Shown here: piece after piece, positions 10,451-19,364 of the stretch
Position numbering within the stretch: position 1 is the first letter of the stretch
Layout of the letters: every line of letters begins with the position of its first letter
NCBI GenBank assembly: GCA_051382295.1
Contig: JBBCAW010000112.1
Span: 1-51,684 of the forward strand
Length of the DNA: 51,684 nt
Reading direction: 5' to 3'
Source: Bdellovibrionota bacterium FG-1
GTDB lineage: Bacteria > Bdellovibrionota > UBA1018
The notes under the pieces: model-generated
What the model was told of the DNA's origin: nothing
Databases searched by the model: none
The model's input: only the letters and a program-made list of their open reading frames with translations
Made by a program: the position numbers and the translations under genes

Positions 10451-11221
10451 ATGTTTAAAGGTCAAATCGCCTTAATCAGCCTGGCCATTTTTGGTCTATT
10501 TGCTTCCCTTGGGGGGGCCTCCGACTTTCCAAAGCCGGAGCTTGTGCGAGTCGCTTCCGAACGTATTTTTGCACCTCCCGGCTTTGATGACAACGACAAC
10601 GCGCAGCTCGTGGTGCATGGCAATCTAATCAATACCTGTTACAAAGCGGCATCCCCCGCAGTGGAAGTCGATCAACAACAGCGTAAGATTAGCATTACAC
10701 CCCAGTCTTACGTTTACTTTAGCTCTTGGTGTCTCAATGTAACCGTTCCTTTTACGCAGACGATTGATTTAGGGGTTCTGCAGGCTGGCACCTACCAGAT
10801 CGTCGAAATCAACCGTCAAGATCAAGAAATTCCGCGAGGCACGCTATCCGTCGCTCCCGCGAGAAGCGCGAGCGCAGATGATGTTCTTTATGCGCCAATT
10901 AAAAACGTCCGCGTGGAGAAAGTTGGCTTAACCGCGGAAGTGATTATCAGCGGTGTGATGTCCAATCGTTGTATGTTTGTTCAAAAGGTTAAAGTCCTCA
11001 ATCGTGTCCAGGGAATAATCGAAGTCCTTCCTATAGCGGGTTACAGGTCAGGGATGGCGTGCCAAGGCAATCCCCGACCGTTTGAGGCAAGTGCGCCCCT
11101 CCCCGAGGGAGCGAGCGGCAATACACTAATTCATGTTCGCTCGCTGAACGGGCAGTCAATCAATGATGTAGAAGAGTTGGGTGCGCTTGTTGCTTCTAAT
11201 ATCAATAGCCGGGAGAAATGA
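10451..11221 (+). CDS. Secreted hypothetical protein (PPGFDDND motif)
   Basis: Signal peptide from ATG 10451; FAPPGFDDNDNAQLVV...CY and HVRSLNGQS. Resembles a Bdellovibrionota hypothetical family, from recollection only. Confidence 0.6.
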   Translation: MFKGQIALISLAIFGLFASLGGASDFPKPELVRVASERIFAPPGFDDNDNAQLVVHGNLINTCYKAASPAVEVDQQQRKISITPQSYVYFSSWCLNVTVPFTQTIDLGVLQAGTYQIVEINRQDQEIPRGTLSVAPARSASADDVLYAPIKNVRVEKVGLTAEVIISGVMSNRCMFVQKVKVLNRVQGIIEVLPIAGYRSGMACQGNPRPFEASAPLPEGASGNTLIHVRSLNGQSINDVEELGALVASNINSREK

Positions 11222-11225
11222 AGTT

Positions 11226-12224
11226 ATGACCCAGACCACGAAAGACAAGCGGCTACTCATCACTTGGGCGGTGGATCCCTTTTCAAAAGATGGAGGCCTG
11301 CATCGTGAAGCGGTGAGGAGTCTTGTGCAAATCATCAAGCGGCAACCGGTTTTGGTTCGACCTGTCTATATTGTAGAAGACGATGCGCAATATGTACCTG
11401 AAATCACTCACCACGAGCTGGAAGACCGGGCGACCGAGGTGGTGGCGGCCGGGCTCGAGGCCTTGGTTGGAAAGCTGGACCGAGAATTTTTTTTACCCGT
11501 GCGAATCGTGCCGGCGGGACATTCCTCGATTCGGGCTAAGGTGCGCACCTTAGTCAAGGACGCGCGGAAGGCCCAGTCGGATTTGATCGTAGCTACGACG
11601 CATGCTCGAAGCGGGGCCGCTCGATTTTTTCTGGGCAGTTTTGCGGAAACCCTCAGTCTGACCAGCACTGTACCCATTCTATTGATTAACCCGCAGTGGA
11701 ACGGGCAAGAAATTTTTGAGCATATCTTATTTGCGACGGATCTTTCCCCTGATTCTTACGCAGTCTTCGGGCAGGTGATCTCATTCGCTCAAGCGATGAA
11801 AAGCCGATTGACAGTCTATCACAAGACTGACGGCGCCCCAGCACCGCAGTGGGAGTCCTTGTTAACGCCAGATTCGATTACTCATGATCAATGGTTTGAA
11901 CAACGGTTGGAACGACGAAAACGAGTGGATCGTTGGACCAAAGAGGCCTGTTTGGCTGGGGTAGACGCGATTTCTTTGATTGATGAGGCGCCTCAAGTTT
12001 CTGTTACCGACGCCATTTTGGCGCAGGCGGTGGTCCGACCTGGAATTGTCGCCCTTGCCGGACAAAGTTCAGGGACAGACACAGCCCTTTTAGGCAGTAC
12101 CGCACGTCGCCTAATTCGGGAGGCCACTTGTCCTGTGTGGATTCTTCATTCACAACCTTATTTTGGAGAAGCTTCTAACGTCGAGTTCTTGGAGGATGAC
12201 AACCAAGAGGCTTGGTCGCCCTGA
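11226..12224 (+). CDS. Universal stress protein with tandem USP domains
   Basis: DLIVATTHARSGAARFFLGSFAE, ILFATDLS and LLGSTARRLIREATCPVW. Confidence 0.85.
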   Translation: MTQTTKDKRLLITWAVDPFSKDGGLHREAVRSLVQIIKRQPVLVRPVYIVEDDAQYVPEITHHELEDRATEVVAAGLEALVGKLDREFFLPVRIVPAGHSSIRAKVRTLVKDARKAQSDLIVATTHARSGAARFFLGSFAETLSLTSTVPILLINPQWNGQEIFEHILFATDLSPDSYAVFGQVISFAQAMKSRLTVYHKTDGAPAPQWESLLTPDSITHDQWFEQRLERRKRVDRWTKEACLAGVDAISLIDEAPQVSVTDAILAQAVVRPGIVALAGQSSGTDTALLGSTARRLIREATCPVWILHSQPYFGEASNVEFLEDDNQEAWSP

Positions 12225-12235
12225 TGTTATGAGAT

Positions 12236-12402
12236 TAGCTAGTCAGCCTTCAGCTCACAGGCGTCAGCTAAGACGAATAAAAACGAATACTTATAAAACC
12301 GTCTGAGGCAAATTTAGAAAAATTACATTCGTCTAACTACAAGGCTTATCTTTAGAATTCTTTTAAAAAACTGATGGCTGTTAGCTGAAGGCTGACTAGC
12401 TA
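12236..12402. repeat. 167-bp element bounded by 32-bp imperfect inverted repeats (MITE-like or invertible segment)
   Basis: 12236-12267 TAGCTAGTCAGCCTTCAGCTCACAGGCGTCAG matches the reverse complement of 12371-12402 at 29/32 positions. The 103-bp interior is AT-rich. Confidence 0.8.
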
Positions 12403-12449
12403 CAAAAAATATTCTCAACTCTTTGGAAACAGAAGACGAAACGTTTAAT

Positions 12450-13283
12450 ATGAGTGGTGCGTCTTCAAAACACGATCTGGGTCCGATGGTGTTTCGGCGG
12501 GGTGAAGTGATCTATAAGGCCGGAGATCCGGTTCGTTTTGTCTATTTAGTACAAGCGGGCCTAGTTTCGCTTCGTCTCCCCCACGGGGGAGTGCATGTGG
12601 AATACGCTCAGGTAGGTGCCTCTCAATTGTTGGGCGCAGAGGTCTTTTGGGGTGTCACCCGTTGGAGTACCACGGCAGTAGCTAACAACAATGTTGAGGC
12701 TATTGCTATTCCCGTGGCCGAGGCAATGGCCGTCCTCCGAAGCGGCAGCAGTTTGGTTAAGCTTTTCTCCAAAGGCGTGATCGAAAAGCTACGGGCGTCA
12801 TCGGATAATTTAATCAGTATCAAAATTGATGCCGACCACTCACCCTGCGGGCCGGAGCGAATCGTCAAACTCTTTGGATCCCTCCATACAGCCGCGAAAT
12901 ATACGGGGAAAACGAAGGACGGCGCAACAACCGTGGTTTGGGCCGCCTACAAAAAGTATTGTCAGCGTACGTTTCTGGAGTCTCCCGTCAGACTCGAGCA
13001 TGCCATAAAAATATTAGTCAAACTCGGTCATGCGCGCATTCAATATGCCGAAATAGAGGACGAAAAATCTGACGAACCCGAAGATATCGAGTTCATTCAT
13101 TTTAAGGATCTCGAGCGAATCAAGGGGTTTTTCGAATTTTACCGAGCCCATTTTTATGGGGCCAATCGACACCTGCCCCCTGTGGGCGAATACGCTTATT
13201 TGGTCCTTTTGCACGAAATTGAACAATGGAACGCTACTGGTACGGTTTTGATGAACGAGGAGCCCGATCATGTCGCGGCCTAA
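12450..13283 (+). CDS. Cyclic-nucleotide-binding (Crp/Fnr-like) protein
   Basis: FRRGEVIYKAGDP..VYLVQAGLV...LGAE cNMP-binding domain; paralog of the next gene. Confidence 0.8.
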   Translation: MSGASSKHDLGPMVFRRGEVIYKAGDPVRFVYLVQAGLVSLRLPHGGVHVEYAQVGASQLLGAEVFWGVTRWSTTAVANNNVEAIAIPVAEAMAVLRSGSSLVKLFSKGVIEKLRASSDNLISIKIDADHSPCGPERIVKLFGSLHTAAKYTGKTKDGATTVVWAAYKKYCQRTFLESPVRLEHAIKILVKLGHARIQYAEIEDEKSDEPEDIEFIHFKDLERIKGFFEFYRAHFYGANRHLPPVGEYAYLVLLHEIEQWNATGTVLMNEEPDHVAA

Positions 13284-14493
13284 CTTGTCCACGTTTTCAC
13301 TCAAAGCGGGCGAAGTGTTTCTTAAGCCGGGGGACAAGATCAAAAGCGTCTATCTCATTCAGGCAGGACGCCTTTCCATTTGCCAGGCCCGCCCCGGAAA
13401 GATGATCGAAGTAGCCCAGCTTCGGGCGCCGGAGATGCTCGGCGAGGAGCAGGTTTTTGGTGCTTCGCCGTGGCAACTGACGGCTCTCGCGATTCGGGAC
13501 ACGGTGATTGTGGAAATTCCACTCCAAATGATCCAGGCTGAACTCAATCACGAAAGCCCGCGGAATAAACTGATTTTGAAAGGCATTTCGGAGCGTAGCA
13601 AGGCGGTATTTAATGAATTTCGCGCGCTCCAAAACAGCCGCGAGGTTTTGCCCTGTCCTCATGAATGCACCGCCAAGGCTTTTGGCGCAGTTTTCCATGC
13701 CGCACACGCCGTAGGGCAAAAAAAGGGCGCCATCATCGAAGCCGAATGGAATGAGCTTAAGAAATTCGCAATTGAAGTTTTTGAGGAGCCGGTGGTTCGG
13801 CTTGAAGATGTCGTAAAAATCCTGGCTAAGCTGGGTTTTGTCACCTTTGATGGTCGGGTCATCGAATTGGGCCTGCTCAATCAGCTCGAGGGGTTCTTTG
13901 ATTTTTACGGCAATTATTTTTTCAAGGGTGGTCACGCTGAATTGCTTAAAACCAACGCCAAAATGCAAAAGATGACCGAGGAGCTTCTTTCGCTCGAAAA
14001 ACAATTCCCCGCGGATCGTGCGGGGTTTGCTCATCTTCCCTATTCGCTGACCATGGATGCCCTGAAAGTTGCCATTGGCGTCACCTTTGATCCTAATCAA
14101 CTCTTTAGGCTTGAGCAAAAAGGGCTTTTTTTGAAACGGCAAAATATTGAAGGCGGTACGGTGTTGTCGTTTTACAAACCCGACTTTGAACAAATGCTCT
14201 GGAACTGGAATATCCTTCGCGAGGTCGAGCTTTGGAATGAGCGTGGATATGTGGACGGCGAAGGGCTAAAGATTCCTCTCGATGCTCCGGCTAACCCGGA
14301 ATCAGAACGCAAACGGTGGGCCCAAATTCTTGCGGACTGGAAGCCCCTGGCCCCTATCCAAGGTGTGCCGGCCCTCCGCCTGGGCGAAAAGTCCGTAGAC
14401 GAAATTTGGTGTCATGTCTGCATGAGCGTTGTGCAAAAGGATCAAAAGTTCTGCGAAATATGCGGGACCGGTCTTACGACGCAGGTGGCGTAA
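13270..14493 (+). CDS. Cyclic-nucleotide-binding protein with C-terminal zinc ribbon
   Basis: LKAGEVFLKPGD..VYLIQAGRL...LGEE; C-terminal CHVC-x10-CEICG. Confidence 0.8.
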   Translation: MSRPNLSTFSLKAGEVFLKPGDKIKSVYLIQAGRLSICQARPGKMIEVAQLRAPEMLGEEQVFGASPWQLTALAIRDTVIVEIPLQMIQAELNHESPRNKLILKGISERSKAVFNEFRALQNSREVLPCPHECTAKAFGAVFHAAHAVGQKKGAIIEAEWNELKKFAIEVFEEPVVRLEDVVKILAKLGFVTFDGRVIELGLLNQLEGFFDFYGNYFFKGGHAELLKTNAKMQKMTEELLSLEKQFPADRAGFAHLPYSLTMDALKVAIGVTFDPNQLFRLEQKGLFLKRQNIEGGTVLSFYKPDFEQMLWNWNILREVELWNERGYVDGEGLKIPLDAPANPESERKRWAQILADWKPLAPIQGVPALRLGEKSVDEIWCHVCMSVVQKDQKFCEICGTGLTTQVA

Positions 14494-14851
14494 AAAGCAG
14501 GGGTTCGGCCTCTTCGGGTGAAATCTTACCCTCAGCCACGCCTCGAAGTACGGTGAGGCGCGCCTGTCGAAGATCCAGTTCAACTTTAGTGATTTCTGGG
14601 GATACTTGTGGTGCAAACCCAGTAAATGCAGCTGTTTGTCCAGCCATTAAAGCCATCAGCTTTTCCCGAAAACCAGGTGGAAGCGCCTTGTCAAACTCCT
14701 CGGTCTCTTTTCGAACGTCAAAGCCCGCCATCGAATTATGCATAATCGATTGCATGCGGGTCACCATGTCCGATGGCAAGGTTTGAATCAGTCGAGAGAG
14801 CTCCATAAGGACTTTGGGGTCCATCTTGCTGGGGTCAAATTGAGGAAACAT
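14474..14851 (-). CDS. Hypothetical protein
   Basis: ORF from ATG 14851 (MFPQFDPSKMDP...) ending ...VAEGKISPEEAEPLL. Confidence 0.6.
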   Translation of the reverse strand: MFPQFDPSKMDPKVLMELSRLIQTLPSDMVTRMQSIMHNSMAGFDVRKETEEFDKALPPGFREKLMALMAGQTAAFTGFAPQVSPEITKVELDLRQARLTVLRGVAEGKISPEEAEPLLFTPPAS

Positions 14852-14935
14852 AAACTCGCTTATATAGACGATGCCCTGCAAGAGTCAATAAATTGAATTG
14901 TCGGCAGGAGCTCCCCGACGTAGAAGGGGGGCACT

Positions 14936-17287
14936 ATGGAAATCCCAACAGTAGCCGTTTCCCCTGAACAGCCCATGCGCAAAATTAAAGTCGTTGTTGC
15001 GACTTCCGTCATGCTCTCATTTATTTCTTTTTGGCGGGCCGCCGCGATTGTGCTGAACGACTTGGGGTCATCCGCTTTTTACGCAGGTGGGATCGCAGAA
15101 CAGGCGGCTGGACACTCCGCGCCTTGGTTTATTTTAGGTATCATGTTGTTTTCGTATGCCGTTCGCGCGGTCTACGTCGAGTCCTGTGCGATGTTTACCC
15201 GGGGCGGCGTCTATCGCGTCGTTAAAGAGGCCATGGGGGGCACGCTCGCCAAGATTTCGGTTTCCGCGCTGATGTTTGATTATATTTTGACCGGTCCAAT
15301 TTCCAGTGTTTCAGCGGGGCAGTATATTGTCGGACTGATCGCCCAAACGGTCAGTTACTTGGGGCACCCTTGGAGCCCGAGTAAGGGTACGATCAATTTT
15401 TTGGCCGCTGGAATTGCAGTGGTTGTCACGATTTATTTTTGGTGGCGAAATACGCGGGGCATGCACGAATCTTCGGATGACGCGCTCAAAATCATGAAGG
15501 TTGCGACGGTCATGATCGTTATTCTGATTGGCTGGAGTGTCGCGACCCTGATTTCTAAACCCGAGACGCAACGTCTTCCTCCTGCGCCAGTGGCGGCAAA
15601 TCTCTCTTTTAATCGAGATGCGGTGGGATGGATGCCCCGGCTCGCACCCGATAAGTTCGAGACGCTCTCTCAGGAATCTATTCCCGCCGCAACGTTGGGT
15701 GAGGCCACCCCACCGGAAGCTCACCTCGGAATTGCCGGTGGTGCAGGCAAACTCTTTGGATTGATCGGGATCTTGATCGCCTTTGGGCATTCTTTCTTGG
15801 CGATGTCGGGCGAAGAGTCGCTCGCCCAGGTGAATCGAGAGCTCGAGTACCCTAAGCACAAAAACCTCATGCGCGCGGGCTTTGTGATTTTTGTCTATTC
15901 TTTGCTATTTACTTCATTGGTCTCTTTTTTCGCCTACGCGATTATTCCCGATGGAGTGAGGGCTCATTATTATGACAATCTCATCAGCGGGATTGCGATG
16001 TACCTCATCGGCCCGATGTCGTTGCGCCTGGCCTTTCAGGCGTTTATCGTCATTGTAGGGTTTTTGATGCTGGCCGGGGCGGTTAATGCCGCGATTATCG
16101 GCTCCAACGGCGTGTTCAATCGCCTCAGTGAGGACGGTGTTTTGACGGATTGGTGGAGGGTTCCCAATAAAAAGTACGGCACAACCCATCGAATCATCAA
16201 TCTGATCGTACTTCTTCAGTTGATCACGATTGTCTGCTCTCGCGGCAACGTCTACGCTCTTGGGGAAGCCTATGTGTTTGGGGTGATTTGGTCCTTTGCT
16301 TTTAAGGGTCTGGCGATGTTTGTTCTCAGATTCAAAGACCGTTCACATCGAGAGTGGAAAGTTCCGCTGAACTTCCGAATTCGCTCGGTTGAGATTCCGT
16401 TGGGATTGATTGCGATCACTCTCGTCATGTTTTTGGTCGCTGGAATCAACCTAGTGACGAAACAAGTGGCAACCGTGAGCGGCTTAATTTTTACGGTGGT
16501 TTTTTATCTTATTTTTTGGGTTTCTGAGCGCGAAAACAAGCGACGTCGTGGCCTGCGTCCTCATATTAACATGGATCAATTTAGAGTATCGCCTAAGGAG
16601 ACGATTGATGCGCCTACCATTTCGGTTCGCCCCGGAAATGTCCTTTGTCTAGTGCGGGATTATAACACGTTAGATCACCTCAAGTGCGCGCTCGAGTCAG
16701 TGAATACCGCAAAAAAGGATCTTGTTGTTTTGACGGTTCGAAAACTACTGGGGCCAGATACCGGCTATGAAAACATCAGTGAAAACGAGTTATTTACGGA
16801 TTATGAACAGCTCCTTTTTAGCAAAGTGGTGAGCGTTGCAGAAAAAGCGGGTCGCCATGTTGAACTTTTGGTCGTGCCCTCCTCGAATATTTTTCAAGCA
16901 ATTGCCATGACTGCGGCCCAGCTTGAGTCCTCTGAAATCATTGCGGGCAAATCCAATGTCCTTACCCCCGAAGAACAAGCTAAATTTGTCGGTCAAGCGT
17001 GGGAGGCGATACCGCTGAAACCAGAACGTCCTCCCCAGTTTAAGATTTTTAATTCGGAGGGAGAGGGCACCGTCTACACCTTAGGGGTTCATGCACCGGA
17101 TTTATCCGCCGCGGATCTTCAGCTCATTCATCGACTCTGGTTAGATCTCAATAATGAGGAAGGATTCCAATCACTTCATCACAGGGACGTAGTGAGTTAT
17201 GCTTTGATTATGCTGCAATCGGAGTTAAGTAGCCCCCATCGAAAAGCGGTATTAAAACAGCTTGGCAAAGGTGCCGGTGGGCGATAA
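14936..17287 (+). CDS. APC family amino acid permease with cytoplasmic C-terminal domain
   Basis: Many TM helices; DLGSSAFYAGG, GGVYRVVKE, DYILTG and AMSGEES motifs. Confidence 0.85.
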   Translation: MEIPTVAVSPEQPMRKIKVVVATSVMLSFISFWRAAAIVLNDLGSSAFYAGGIAEQAAGHSAPWFILGIMLFSYAVRAVYVESCAMFTRGGVYRVVKEAMGGTLAKISVSALMFDYILTGPISSVSAGQYIVGLIAQTVSYLGHPWSPSKGTINFLAAGIAVVVTIYFWWRNTRGMHESSDDALKIMKVATVMIVILIGWSVATLISKPETQRLPPAPVAANLSFNRDAVGWMPRLAPDKFETLSQESIPAATLGEATPPEAHLGIAGGAGKLFGLIGILIAFGHSFLAMSGEESLAQVNRELEYPKHKNLMRAGFVIFVYSLLFTSLVSFFAYAIIPDGVRAHYYDNLISGIAMYLIGPMSLRLAFQAFIVIVGFLMLAGAVNAAIIGSNGVFNRLSEDGVLTDWWRVPNKKYGTTHRIINLIVLLQLITIVCSRGNVYALGEAYVFGVIWSFAFKGLAMFVLRFKDRSHREWKVPLNFRIRSVEIPLGLIAITLVMFLVAGINLVTKQVATVSGLIFTVVFYLIFWVSERENKRRRGLRPHINMDQFRVSPKETIDAPTISVRPGNVLCLVRDYNTLDHLKCALESVNTAKKDLVVLTVRKLLGPDTGYENISENELFTDYEQLLFSKVVSVAEKAGRHVELLVVPSSNIFQAIAMTAAQLESSEIIAGKSNVLTPEEQAKFVGQAWEAIPLKPERPPQFKIFNSEGEGTVYTLGVHAPDLSAADLQLIHRLWLDLNNEEGFQSLHHRDVVSYALIMLQSELSSPHRKAVLKQLGKGAGGR

Positions 17288-17297
17288 AACTTTTTCA

Positions 17298-17972
17298 ATG
17301 ATCGACTCAACGCCCTCGAGTTTTGTTTTTGGCAGGACCGCAATCGGACTGCCCATTCCTGCCTATCGATGGGAACGGGGGGGGCCGGAGATTTTGGTTT
17401 TGGGTGGAGTGCACGGCGATGAAACTGAGGGCGTCGCATGCGCCTATGGGGTCTTTGAGGAATTCAGCCAAACCTTTTCTTTTCAGCTGAATTTGACCTT
17501 AATTCCCGCCTTTAATCTAGACGGCGTATTAACTAAAAATCGTCTCAATGGCCGCGGTGTGGATCTCAATCGCAACCTCCCCACCCAGGATTGGAATCCT
17601 CAGGCGTTTAATGAGCGCTACCCCCCTGGTCCAACGGCCAACAGTGAGTCCGAGAGTCAAGCGTTGGTTCAGTATCTGAACATTAGAAAACCGCGTTTTG
17701 TCTTAAGCCTGCATTCTTGGACGCCGCTTTTAAATACCAACGGCGATTGTCAGGCCGAGGCGCTTGCGATTCAAGCGCTCACGCATTATCGAATTGATCC
17801 ATCAATCGGTTATCCCACCCCGGGTTGTTTAGGAACCTACGCCGGAATCGAGCGAGGTATTCCGACGTTAACTTATGAGATTGAACGTGGGCTGGCTTTG
17901 CCCGATGTCCTCAGAGTTCATGTTCCAGCCGTGATAGCAGCTCTAGGTGTTTCCCAAAAAAGGACCTCATGA
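17298..17972 (+). CDS. mpaA: Murein peptide amidase A-like M14 zinc carboxypeptidase
   Basis: GGVHGDE (HxxE), NGRGVDLNRN, LSLHSW, GYPTPGCLGTY and LTYE. Confidence 0.78.
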   Translation: MIDSTPSSFVFGRTAIGLPIPAYRWERGGPEILVLGGVHGDETEGVACAYGVFEEFSQTFSFQLNLTLIPAFNLDGVLTKNRLNGRGVDLNRNLPTQDWNPQAFNERYPPGPTANSESESQALVQYLNIRKPRFVLSLHSWTPLLNTNGDCQAEALAIQALTHYRIDPSIGYPTPGCLGTYAGIERGIPTLTYEIERGLALPDVLRVHVPAVIAALGVSQKRTS

Positions 17973-18811
17973 AAACAAAAAATCCAGAGCTTCAGGCTTT
18001 TCAGTCCACCATTGAAAGTGCCTTTGGGGGAAAAGAATCGAGTGACACGCCACAAGTTCTCCTCGCGGTAGAAAATGTCGTAGAGAGGTTGGACCAGGGA
18101 AAACTCAGGGTTGCGACTCCCGGTGTTGACGGCGCATGGACTACTCATGAATGGATTAAAAAGGCGATTTTGTTATATTTTAGAATTCACAAAGTCGTGC
18201 CTAGTGCTGCGGGGGAGATGACCTTTTTTGACAAAATTCCGTTAAAAAAGTGGCAGGGCCGCGATGGCGTGAGGGTGGTTCCTCCTGCGGTCGCACGTTA
18301 TGGTGCCTATGTGGAGCCTGGCGCTATCTTGATGCCCAGTTATGTGAACATTGGTGCCTATGTGGGCGAAGGAACGATGGTCGACACCTGGGCCACGGTC
18401 GGCTCTTGCGCTCAAATCGGCAAGCATGTCCATCTTTCCGGGGGTGTCGGCATCGGGGGAGTGCTCGAGCCGGTGCAGGCCAGTCCCGTTATTATCGAAG
18501 ATCATGTTTTTATTGGAAGCCGGTGCATTATTGTTGAGGGAGCGGTGATTGAGGAGGGTGCCGTGCTTGGCGCGGGCGTGGTGATTACCTCAAGCACTCG
18601 AATTATGGACGTGAGTCACCCCGGGGCCGCCCGTGAGCTTCGTGGTCGGGTCCCTCGTAATAGTGTGGTGATTCCTGGCGTTATGGAGCGGGAGTTTCCG
18701 GCCGGAAAATTTGGAGTCCCTTGTGCTCTGATTATTGGCAGGCGGACCGAAAAAACAGATCGCAAAACTTCGTTGACGGCGGTTTTGCGAGATTACCACG
18801 TTGCGGTCTAG
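17969..18811 (+). CDS. dapD: 2,3,4,5-tetrahydropyridine-2,6-dicarboxylate N-succinyltransferase
   Basis: EWIKKAILLYF, FFDKIP, RVVPPA, MPSYVNIGAYV and DTWATVGSCAQIGKHVHLSGGVGIGGVLEP. Confidence 0.96.
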   Translation: MKTKNPELQAFQSTIESAFGGKESSDTPQVLLAVENVVERLDQGKLRVATPGVDGAWTTHEWIKKAILLYFRIHKVVPSAAGEMTFFDKIPLKKWQGRDGVRVVPPAVARYGAYVEPGAILMPSYVNIGAYVGEGTMVDTWATVGSCAQIGKHVHLSGGVGIGGVLEPVQASPVIIEDHVFIGSRCIIVEGAVIEEGAVLGAGVVITSSTRIMDVSHPGAARELRGRVPRNSVVIPGVMEREFPAGKFGVPCALIIGRRTEKTDRKTSLTAVLRDYHVAV

Positions 18812-18924
18812 GTCAAGTGAAAGTTTTTTTATATCAATCATGCATAAATTTTTTTTCGCGGACTATCTTAGGAAAAGTTTCACTTTTTTTTGGCAATTCA
18901 TCTACAATTAACACAGGAGATTGA

Positions 18925-19356
18925 ATGACGCAGACGCCGGGAGCGCCTTGGATTCGGGCTAAAGATTATGCTGAAACCACAATATGGTTTTCGGCCACGA
19001 ACTCGACCACCAACACGCCCATTACTCAAAAAGCGCAAGCCGAACTGACAGAGGTCTCATCCAAGGGCATGACCCTTAAGCTTCCGAATAATTCGTGCGC
19101 GGTTGGGCATATGCTTTTGCTTTCTATCCATAAGGAAAAGAAAGTCCTTAACAAAAATGCTAAAACCGAGATCAAGGGCGCGGGGGTCATACCGCTTACA
19201 GCCAAGGTGATTGAGGTTGAGCCACTTAATGAAAGCGCTAAGATCGTGACGCTGCAGTTTTATCAATACGACGAAGAAATTTGGAAAAGTTTTATAAAAG
19301 AATTTGCGGAGCGACAAGAAGCCGTCAATCAAATTGTTCGGGATATTAAGGATTAG
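18925..19356 (+). CDS. PilZ-like domain protein (atypical, no RxxxR motif)
   Basis: SD AGGAG; LTEVSSKGM resembles D/NxSxxG; ends TAKVIEVE...LQF. Confidence 0.5.
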   Translation: MTQTPGAPWIRAKDYAETTIWFSATNSTTNTPITQKAQAELTEVSSKGMTLKLPNNSCAVGHMLLLSIHKEKKVLNKNAKTEIKGAGVIPLTAKVIEVEPLNESAKIVTLQFYQYDEEIWKSFIKEFAERQEAVNQIVRDIKD

Positions 19357-19364
19357 GGCGGAAA

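Noticed and set aside
13297..14193. Long antisense ORFs (for example 13297-14193, 34203-34985, 39835-40377)
   Set aside because: They are shadows of well-supported genes on the opposite strand and have no recognisable motifs.
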